Shown here piece after piece: positions 1 to 14,487 of a DNA stretch of 64,000 nt. The notes below the pieces were generated by a model. It saw nothing but the letters and a program-made list of their open reading frames with translations. It ran no database searches and was not told the origin of the DNA. The DNA is from Selaginella moellendorffii. Taxonomy: Eukaryota; Plantae; Lycopodiophyta. Position numbers and translations under genes: made by a program. Positions within the stretch are counted from its first letter, which is position 1, and every line of letters starts with the position of its first letter. The stretch is from the NCBI RefSeq assembly GCF_000143415.4, contig NW_003314269.1, positions 3,093,060-3,157,059 of the forward strand, read 5' to 3'.

Positions 1-544
1 CAACACTGCCACTGGATCAAGGCCCACAGGCCCAACCACTAAGTCCCACAGTCCTCTGGGACTTCCTCCTCACATAACCGTATCCTTGGTCTCTGACTCC
101 TCTTCCTTTTCACAGTCTGGGACTTTGGGGCAACATTTCGGAACACCGTGGCCTTACGCGAGCCTTTTGGGTACTCTTCCCACCTTCTACCTTTGGGTGC
201 TCTAGCCATGGGCTTAGAGCAAGGTTCCGTTGAGCCACGCTTGGTATCCAAGTAGGTAGTGCCACCCACACTTGGACTGAGAGCATTGGCCAATCGATCT
301 CCCGGGGGAACTAGAGCCGGCTCTTGAACACTTCACTAAGCTACCCCGCTTGTCGGTCTATGCTCACTCTAGTCTTGGACTTCCCAGTGGGCAACTCATC
401 ACCCAACACTGGGTACACCCTTCCTAGGCCAAACTGGCCTTTCCTGGCCAAACTAGCTCCACTACAGTCCTCCCCCACTATACTTTTGGAGCTCACCAAA
501 CCCCCCAGGGTCTGGGAGACGAACGCTTTGGGCTTTCACCCTCT

Positions 545-1130
545 CAGACGTGAACTTGGACTCGGACTCGAACTCAAACTCGGACTCGAACTCGGGCTCG
601 GGCTCGGTCTCAGCCTCGGCCTCGGTCCCGGTCTCAGCCTCGGCCTCGGTCTCGGTCTCGGTCCCGTCTCAGTCTCAGTCTCGGTCTCGGTCTTGGTCCC
701 GGTGTCGGTCTCGGTCCCGGTCTCGGTCTCGACCTCGGACTCCATCTTGGGTCCTTCTCGGACTCCATCTCGGATTCCATCTTGGACTCCATCTCGGACT
801 CCATCTCGGGTCCATCTCGGACTCCATCTCGGATTCCATCTCAGATCCATCTCGGACTCCACCTCGGACTCCATCTCGGGTCGATCTCGGACTCCATCTC
901 GGACTCCATCTTGGACTCCATCTCGAACTCCATCTCGGGTCCATCTCGGATTCCATCTCAGATTCCATCTTAAGTCTATCTCGGACTCCACCTCAGACTC
1001 CATCTTGGGTCCATCTCGGACTCCATCTCGGACTCTATCTCGGACTCCATCTCGGGTCCATCTCAGGTCCATTTCGGACTCCATCTCAGGTCCATCTCGG
1101 ACTCCATCTCGGACTCCATCTTGGGTCCAT
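545..1130. repeat. Minisatellite: degenerate 6-mers (CTCGGN/GTCTCG) grading into a 12-mer CTCGGACTCCAT array
   Basis: Many visible copies of ctcggactccat / ctcgggtccat. The low-complexity ORFs in several frames (SRTP, RDGV, HLGL repeats) are by-products of the repeat. Confidence 0.9.
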
Positions 1131-2363
1131 CTTGGACACTTTCACATGTCATATGTTGGTCCTTTTGGGTCCTTTTTTGGAGCCTCACTTGTTGCTCGTT
1201 TCATGCTTGTTCTTTGAGCACTTCGTTGGGAGTTCCACTCCCGCTCTTGACCTTTCAAGTCGAAACTTTTAATCCAAACGTGTTATGCTCGTTTGGTTTT
1301 CGCTTCTGCTATTACCACATGGCACCCTTCCGGCTCCACTTTGGGGCCTAGGGATTTTGTGTCTCACATAGTTCTACTGCACAATATAACTTTAAATGAC
1401 AACATGTGGCAATTGGCCAAGTGATAGGATATAAACATAAACTTTTATTAACCAACAAAAAAAAAGATAATATAAAATCTTTTATTATAAAAAATGAGTT
1501 TAGAAAGTAAATACTAGATGAACTAGTGTCGAGTGAACCCTTGATGGTACTCCCAAAAAAAAAAGGAAGGGGTTATTAACTTATTCATGTGAGAACCTTT
1601 CACTACTCACATAACTTGTCATTTCTGAAAGAATCGTTATGTTAATACTTTTCACTACAGTAGTATCAATAAGACGTTGTTTACTCTAAAGCCTCCACTT
1701 AGGAAATGGAGGATGTTAATCTAGAAGACATTGATAACACCAATATATGTGGCCAACCTCATCACATGTTCAGTATCATGGCTATAACCATGTCCTCACT
1801 TTGTCTTTGGACATGAGCAAACTTTGTACCAGCCAAAGAGTGTCGTCAAAGGAATTGGGGCAAGTGCATACATAAATCTTAAAAGATCATAATGAAGCAC
1901 TAGTCACAATATTTCTAACTTAATCTGCTTTAATATATTTGGCTCTGTATGAAGCAAGAAGCTTCAAAAGAAAACACCAAATTGCATAATTGACTCATAT
2001 AACTCGTGACAAAGATGATGCAATTGTTGTAAGACATTATTACAATTGTTAACATATCAAAATGCACATTCAAAGATGTCTGGGAGAATACTCTAGTTTG
2101 CATGAGTGGCTACACTCAAACCATTGTACCATTGTAATAGCATCTCTTTGATACATATGGAAAACTTGTATAGACACTAAACATTATCCCAAAAATGATA
2201 GGTGGCAATCATTGTAAAGTGATCGAACTAATAATATATATCATCTCCAAAATTCCCATGAAAAAACTATAGTCGAATATAAAGATTAACAACAAGAGCA
2301 AAAGGAGCTACACCATACTTTTGACTCAATAAAAGGAGTTACATCTTTGAGTGGATGTATATT

Positions 2364-2450
2364 TTTCTTTTTTTCATTCATCTACAACAGCCTCCTCCTC
2401 CTTTGACTCAAAGGAGGAAGAGGCTGTTGCAAATGAATGAAATGAAGAAA
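2364..2450. repeat. Near-perfect palindrome (about 43-bp arms, 1-nt centre)
   Basis: tttcattcatctacaacagcctcctcctcctttga-c-tcaaaggaggaagaggctgttgcaaatgaatgaaa. Confidence 0.85.
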
Positions 2451-3617
2451 GACAAAAGAGAAGAAATAGAAAAAACTACAAAAATAAAAAAGATCTAGAT
2501 GATGCAAAAACTAGAGCTAAACAAAAAACACAAATTCAAGCACTTTCAAAATTTCCTCTCACCTCCACCAATGTGAATATGCATATTTCTATATTCCATG
2601 CACTAACCTAAAGACCCTAGCTCAAGCAACTCACACATTTAGGGTTTCAGGAAAAAGATGGTGGGCATCGACAAGATCTAACGGCTACGAAAATCCCATT
2701 ATATTAAAATAGTATATGGCATAGTAGACTTTATAACAGTTGATTATTGTGTTTATAAATAATAAACATTTTTATAATTTATAAGTTTTCTTAATTGCTT
2801 GCATTTTTGTTTTATTGGCTGGTTTGGAGATTGGCACCAAGTGTCTTCATAGGCAATAACAAATTTGAAGCTTATGGATCCTCTCCCTTTTGCTTCACCA
2901 TCCAATAGAGCTTAGAGACAGCCACATACCTGTCCTTGTAAAACCCAATCCAGAATGGGCTAAGCTCAATGAGTATGTTATACTCGTGGAGTGATTGAGC
3001 ACATGGAATTTTGAGTGAGCAGTAAAGTTGTGAGATTCTTGTGTAATAAATAGCAACCAAGAAAAAGAACTCTAAGAGGAAGGAGAAAAAGTTATGATAT
3101 CTCAAGAACAAACTTGTTCACATTTACTCCAATTTTGCTAGGTGGCTCAGGATTTTTTCTGAAGAGCATATTTCTTCAAGGTTATCCTTTAAGGGGTTAA
3201 ATTAAGGTCACTTTTCTAGTTGCTCTTTTATTGTATAGTGAAAAATTTTGTTTCCAATTGAAAGAGCAAGAGTTTCTCTTGTTCATAGTGTCCAATAAAA
3301 TTTATGAGGCAAGAGTGGTGTGTTTTTGGCAATAAGTTTTTAGCTCACAACACGGGGTCCACTCTTTATATAGTACTAATCACCAATACTTGTTTCAAAT
3401 ACACTTATCAAACCATGCTTCACCTTACAAACTCAAAATTTTCTCCACATATTAATTCATTCCATCCTTACATTTCTATCTATAGAACTCATATGCCCTG
3501 CTCCACACCTCATATGCCCTGCTCCACACTCATTATGATGCAGGTTTCTAGATCAGCTGCCAATAAATTTAGACCTTCGAATTTTTGTTGGCTTTAAGTT
3601 TAGAACTTCTTATAGAT

Positions 3618-8711
<5,094 letters not shown>

Positions 8712-9714
8712 CGCTGCCGATTTGGATGGAGCGACGTCGGCGCTAGAAAAATGCGTTGCCGCAGCGCCTGGGGGAATCGTCAGGGAGAAGAAAGAGGCCG
8801 GTCGTGGCGAAACAAAGCCCTAGGAAACGGCATTATATAGCATTTTGTAACTTGCCTCCGAAGAAAAAACTTTCTCGCCAGTCAAGGTCTCCTTTCGTCG
8901 CTCGTGACGCGCATATTCGGATCTACTAAATAATTTTATAGAATGTTCTCTAGTACCCCTGACGATTAAGATTCGCGAATCATCGGCAGAGCTGGAGATT
9001 CGACGCCGAAATCCGAGTGCCACGCTCCTGGCTTGTGAGTATCTTTGCAAGATCCCGCTCGACGAGCAGTTCAAGGCTGTCTATCTGCTAGCTTTGAGCG
9101 CTGCTAGTGCTTTCCTGGTCGCATTTCTTCCTCGTTGCTGCTGGCTTCTGTCAAGAATCTAGCGATATCGCTTTTGCATCGTACAAGAGAGCTATCCTAT
9201 ACCAGCTGCATTGGGTGTGGTGGATTGCCTCGTTTGCTGGTCTTCCCAAGTTTGTGCTATCCGTGCATGATCTGCTTGCGTCCAGGGTTAAACACAGATC
9301 CTTGCAAGCGTTGGCTGGATGCTTTGGTACTGTTCTTTGCACGGCCAGGGGACGAACAGGGGTCACAGTTCTGGACAGCAGAAGGAGACGACGGACAAGG
9401 GTGAAGACAGCGTTACTCTGTACGCAAGAGGTGGGAATCTGAGAAAAGAGGACTTTGGAGCCCGAAGATTTGCTATAGTTTGCACAGGAAAATAGGGCAT
9501 CAGGGGCCTACGAGTATTTTTTTTAATGAGAAGTGGGAAAGTTCGAGCAGGCTTCCGAGAAGAACAATCCCGCCTTCTTTTATGGATGGTGATTGCGTTC
9601 CTAGTTGTGACTAGCTCACTGGCGATGAGAGACGACTTAGGGACTTGTGTGGTGCTGAAGATACCTGTGACCACTTCTTTTGGCCCTAGAGTTTTGTTTA
9701 CAATTCTTCCACCT

Positions 9715-9830
9715 ATGGAAAAAGACCACGCGATGTGCCCGGCCACGATGCAGCGCCCACCGATCTCACGCTCATCCCAAACCACACGCTGCCTGCGCCG
9801 CCTCATCCAGGAGTGGTGCGTTGCCAATCT
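9715..9830 (+). pseudogene. Fragment of a plant U-box (PUB) domain embedded in the ABCC pseudogene
   Basis: Reads CPATMQRP-TDLTLIPNHTL-RRLIQEWCVAN across frameshifts, matching the U-box C-terminal consensus (LIPNHTLRRLIQEWC). Confidence 0.8.
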
Positions 9831-10310
9831 ACAACTAGAGAAAAAGAGCAAACAAAAATCTCGCTAGATCAGGTGAACAACTTTCATCACGACGCCAATA
9901 GGATGCTGGTACCACTTACTTGACGATCCTTCAACGTGTTTGTTATAATCTCGACCCCCTCGGACAGTTCTCAGATCCAGAAATCTGGGAGATAAGTTCT
10001 GTCATCCTTCTATTTCCTAAAAGGCCATGTTGTTAGGAGACGTCCTCGTGCAGGAAGAAGCTGGACTCACAAGGTAATGTGAAAAACATGTTGTTTTCAA
10101 TAGATGTGCTGTTCTTTAGTGTTGGATTATCTATCTTCTATTTCCTAAAAGGCCATGTTGTTAGATAAATGCCAACTCGGAGACCTCCTTGTGCAGGAAG
10201 AGGCAGTTCCTGGGTGAGGCGAGCACGTTCCCACCCAGAACGGGTGAGCCGGGTGTTAGCCCGGCGAGTGCATTCTGGAGGGAACGAGTGAGCCCGTGCC
10301 CGAGAATGGC

Positions 10311-10541
10311 CTTAATGGGCTGTGGTGAGACTGTTAACGGACACATGGAAGAATATTATTCAAGGATGAAAGGGTTCTCCAGAATTGGCAGCTAGTAGCT
10401 TGGTTCTCCAGAACCTGGCAGCTGGCAGTTGGGTTCTAGAGAACCTGGCAGTTATCAGCCACGTTCTTGCAGAAAACCTGATTCAATCCAACGGCTGCCA
10501 ACGGTTGGATCAAGTTAACGGGCGAGCCATAACCCATTAAG
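10311..10541. mobile_element. Putative MITE-like insertion with imperfect 28-bp terminal inverted repeats
   Basis: cttaatgggctgtggtgagactgttaac ... gttaacgggcgagccataacccattaag, with three internal repeats of ggttctccagaa(cc)tggcag. Lies in sequence that is absent from the parental ABCC. Confidence 0.5.
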
Positions 10542-10691
10542 AAAAGGTAATGTGGAAAACATGTGACATGTGTGGGAGAACGGTGAGAACTGGAGCGTGG
10601 GACAGGCCTTGGACGAGTGATGCTAAAACAAGGCCGTGTTTTGGCACCCAGACGAGGCCACCGCGTCCGTGGACAGTGCTACCGATGGAAT

Positions 10692-10861
10692 TGTTGAGGT
10701 ATACACTCTCTATGACATGATCCTAGGTAGCAGGAGTGCCACTTCATTGATCCAGGTGTAGGCTAGAGGTGTGTCTCTTCATCATGTATATATAGCTATG
10801 ATATATACGACTATACTGGGAGTCATCCACCATCGTGTAGCTTCCGCTCTTCTTCTCTTCA
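10692..10861 (+). repeat. LTR1 (170 bp), followed by tRNA-iMet-type PBS TGGTATCGAAGC
   Basis: tgttgaggtatacac...cttctcttca, with an internal TATA-like tatatatagc. Confidence 0.92.
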
Positions 10862-11845
10862 TGGTATCGAAGCCCTGAGGGCTTCAGATCCAGGGACGAT
10901 GGCGCTGGCCGAGGAAGGGGCTAGCAAGGATGACGATGAGCCACCGGACATGGCTGAGAGGTGCCAAGATTTGGCACTCTGCTGTATTGAGTGCCAAGAT
11001 AACGGCACTAGCAAGCTGAGCAAGGCGCTAGGGCGTGATCGAGTAGAGACTGGCCCGGAGGCACTGGCAGAGGCGCTGAGAGAGGGCTGGTGTAAGGCCT
11101 AAGTGATGTGCGCTAGGGCGTGAGAGAGCGGCCCTGAGGCGCTGAGAGAGGCGCTGAGAAGAGGCGCTGGCTGAGGCACTTACAGATGCGCTGAGAGGAA
11201 GCACCGAGCAGAGACTGCACTAGGGTGCTGAGAAAGGCACCAAGGGCTGGCCGAGCAGAGGTGAGCGCTGGGCACCCTGTAGGGCTGAGGGCTGCAGGCA
11301 GAGGTGCAGTGCTGGGGCGCTGGTGGACTGGACAGAGGTATTGTCCAGAGGCAAGCAGGAATGCTGAGTGCTGGGCTGTGAGAGGGCTCCATAGCAGAGG
11401 GAGAGAGCCGTTAGGACTCTGGCCGAGGAGGCTTGATCGAGGCTGAGACGATGAGGGCTGGCTTGAGGCACTGGAATGCTGAGTGAGGTGCTGGTGTGAG
11501 AGAGCGACCCTGAGAGAGTGGTGCAAGGCACAAGCACAGAGGCGCTGGCAGAGGCGCTGAGAGAGGAGAGACTGCGATCAGAGGCCGTGAACAAGGCGCT
11601 AGGGCGTGCGAGGCCCCGCAGAGACTCACCAGAGGTGAGTGCCGGGCGTAGAGGCACGAGGCCCCGAGGGCTGGCCGAGCAGAGACTCCACTGGAGCACT
11701 GAGTGAGGCGCTGGTGTGAGAAGGTGCTGGCAGAGGCGCTGAGAGGAGGCATTGAGCAGAGACAGATTTCTGTCGTGGATATGACAGAGTGCTTGGATGC
11801 AGAGGGAGAGTGATCTCAGATTCATGTCATAAGATCGAGAGGGAG

Positions 11846-12015
11846 TGTTGAGGTATACACTCTCTATGACATGATCCTAGGTGGCAGGAGTGCCACTTCA
11901 TTGATCCAGGTGTAGGCTAGAGGTGTGTCTCTTCATCATGTATATATAGCTATGATATATACGACTATACTGGGAGTCATCCACCATCGTGTAGCTTCCG
12001 CTCTTCTTCTCTTCA
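11846..12015 (+). repeat. LTR2 (170 bp), preceded by PPT GAGAGGGAG and followed by a second PBS TGGTATCGGAGC
   Basis: Direct repeat of LTR1; one substitution seen (ggtagcagg vs ggtggcagg). Confidence 0.92.
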
Positions 12016-12787
12016 TGGTATCGGAGCTCTCTCGATCTCGATGACATGAATCTGAGATCACTCTCCTTCTGCATCCAAGCACTCTGTCATATCCACGACA
12101 GAAATCTGTCTCTGCTCAGTGCCTCCTCTCAGCGCCTCTGCCAATGCCTTCTCACAGCAGCGCCTCACTCAGCGCTCCAGTGGAGTCTCTGCTTGGCCAG
12201 CCCTCGGTGCCTCGTGCCTCTAGGCCCGGCACTCACCTCTGGTGAGTCTCTACGAGGCCTTGCACGCCCTAGCGCCTCGTTCACGGCCTCTGATCGCAGT
12301 CTCTCCTCTCTCAGCGCCTCTGCCAGTGCCTATCTGCTCGTGCCTGTGCTCGGTGCCTCACGCCAGCCCTCTCTCAGCGCCTGTGCCAGCGCCTCAGCGC
12401 CTTGCTCAGCGCCCTAGTGCAGTCTCTCCGCCTCTCAGCACCTTGCTCAGCGCCCTAGTGCAGTCTCTGCTCGGTGCCTCCTCTCAGCGCCTCTGCTAGC
12501 GCCTTCGGCTGCTCTCCAGCGCCTCACTCAGCACTCCAGTACCACTCGGTGCCTCAAGCCAGCCCTCTCTCAGCACCTCTGCCAGTGCCTCCGGGCCAGT
12601 CTCTGCTCGATCACACCCTAGCGCCTTGCTCAGCTTGCTAGTGCCGTTACCTTGGCGCTCAATGCAGCACAGTGCCAAATCTTGGCACCTCTCAGCCACG
12701 TCTGGTGGCTCATCGTCATCCTCGCTGGCCTCCTCCTCGGCCAGTGCCATCGTCCTAGGATCTGAAGCCCTCAGGGCTCCGATACCA

Positions 12788-12957
12788 TGAAGAGAAGAAG
12801 AGCGGAAGCTACACGATGGTGGATGACTCCCAGTATAGTCGTATATATCATAGCTATATATACATGATGAAGAGACACACCTCTAGCCTACACCTGGATC
12901 AATGAAGTGGCACTCCTGCCACCTAGGATCATGTCATAGAGAGTGTATACCTCAACA
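12788..12957 (-). repeat. LTR3 (170 bp, inverted) with its own PBS on the minus strand
   Basis: Reverse complement of LTR2, preceded on + by gggctccgatacca (reverse complement of the PBS). Confidence 0.92.
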
Positions 12958-13294
12958 GGAATGATCCAATCCACCATCGCGACAAAGTTCTATCACCATC
13001 GCTCACTGGCTGCCTACTTTGATGGACAGCGACTACGTTCTAGCCCTACACGTTGGTTGGAAATCTTGCTCTCTCTTTTTTCAAGTTTATCCTCGTCTCT
13101 TTTTCCAGGACGCATAGCTAATACGACGAGCCGGGGAAGCTTTTGGAGAAGAGGAGCTCGTATTTCTGCAAGCGTTTTCCAAGATATCTTTTGGATCGAC
13201 TCCGATCTAATCATGCAGTAAAAAGAGGAAAGTATGATTATGTTATCTTTATGTATAAAGGTGACCGAAAACATTGAAAACGTGTGGGTTAGCC

Positions 13295-14423
13295 ATGGCA
13301 ATGGCGGAGCTTCTCAATCCCAAGAACACGGACGCCTTCCCTCTTGTAATTACGCCTGGTATGTTCCTGCATTCTCTTCTCGATCTGTATGCTCCCGTGT
13401 TTGGGCGCTTGTGCAGGAGCTTGCAGTGGAGACTTCGGCAATGATCTCGCAATTGGGATCCAGAAGCAAAAACTGTGGCTGGAAGGTCAACTCTTTGGGA
13501 GCCCTGGCGCAATTTTGTTCCGGGGATTCAGCGTGTCAAATGCGGAGGAATTTGCTCGAGTGGTGGAAGCGTTTGGATATGAGAGCATGGGTTACAGAGC
13601 TGGAGCTGCGACGAGGAAGCACCTTGTCGGGCCTGTCTACACAAACAATGCCCTCGACTCTGAAACCGAGCTTGGATTTCACAATGAAATGAGCTACGTA
13701 AGGTTTTCCCCATTTTTCATTCTAAGACTTCTTGTTTCTTGTTTCTTTGCCACAGCTTGCGGATTATCCCGACTTGGTCGTGTTTTTCTGCGAGGTTGCT
13801 CCACCGCCAAGCGCCGGCGGTGCCACCGGGATCGTCCAAGGCAAAGCCATATACAATAGGATCAAGAAAGAGTTTCCGGAGTTCACGGAAGATCTCGAGA
13901 ACAAAGGTCTCGTTTACTACAACTTACGCAGCGAGGAATCATGGAAAAAAGTCTACGAGACCAACGATAGAGCTGAGGCCGAAGCCAAGTAAGTGCAAAT
14001 CCCAACTGTTTCTACAATGATGTTTCGAATTCTAGAGCGCAAATTTTATCGAGAACGCTCCTCTGGCTCGACGATGGAGGAGTCAAAGAGATCCTGAGCA
14101 AAGGAACGAGGAAAGGGATTAGAGAGCTCGACAGTGGTGTTCACGGCAACAACAAGGTGTGGTTTAACAGTATTGGATCGGCCAAACCGTGGTTTCCCCA
14201 GTTCCAGTATTTCGAGTTTAGCGATGGAAGCAAGCTGCCAGCCAAAGCAGTCGAAGCGGCTCTAAAGATCATGGACGAAGAACAAGTCTCAGTTGAGTGG
14301 CAAGCCGGGGACATTGTTGTGATGAACAATCACTCGGTGCTCCACAAGAAACATGCCGCTGCTCCGAACACCCCGCGAAAGATTTTGGTGTCGATGCTCA
14401 AAACTTCCGGGGCGCCAGTGTGA
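13295..14423 (+). CDS. Clavaminate synthase-like / TauD-family Fe(II)/2-oxoglutarate dioxygenase (4 exons)
   Basis: GAILFRGF, GFHNEMSY (HxE iron ligands), VFFCEVAP..GGATGIV, WQAGDIVVMNNHSVLH..PRKILVSM. Exons join in frame. Confidence 0.88.
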
Positions 14424-14487
14424 TGAGATGCTTCGCTTGAGCTCATTGAGCTCGATCTCGAGAGAAAAGATAAATACCAGCCTTGTC

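Larger units (their letters stand above)
10692..12957 (+). mobile_element. Non-autonomous TRIM-like LTR retroelement with three LTRs, last arm inverted; 5-bp TSD GGAAT
   Basis: TG...CA ends. GGAAT at 10687-10691 and 12958-12962, splitting the ABCC pseudogene sequence ATDG|IQSTIATKF. Carries LTRs, PBS and PPT but no gag/pol. Confidence 0.92.
9075..13220 (+). pseudogene. Inverted, internally deleted pseudogene copy of the adjacent ABCC, interrupted by insertions
   Basis: Collinear decayed matches to the ABCC: VWWIASF.GLP.FVL (about 9215), GTCVVLKIP (about 9640), [13 protein letters not shown] (about 9950), [23 protein letters not shown] (10575-10690), IQSTIATKF and the last exon (12960-13200). 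Frameshifts and stops throughout. Confidence 0.9.

Noticed and set aside
3488-3530. 21-bp direct duplication downstream of the ABCC
   Set aside because: Simple slippage duplication with no further structure.
11113-12499. ORFs of 100-200 aa on both strands within the TRIM
   Set aside because: Low-complexity translations of internal repeats with no gag/pol motifs.
10692-12957. DNA transposon (MULE/foldback) with long TIRs
   Set aside because: The 'TIRs' are LTRs: TG..CA ends, an adjacent PBS and PPT, a third direct copy, and a 5-bp rather than 9-bp TSD.
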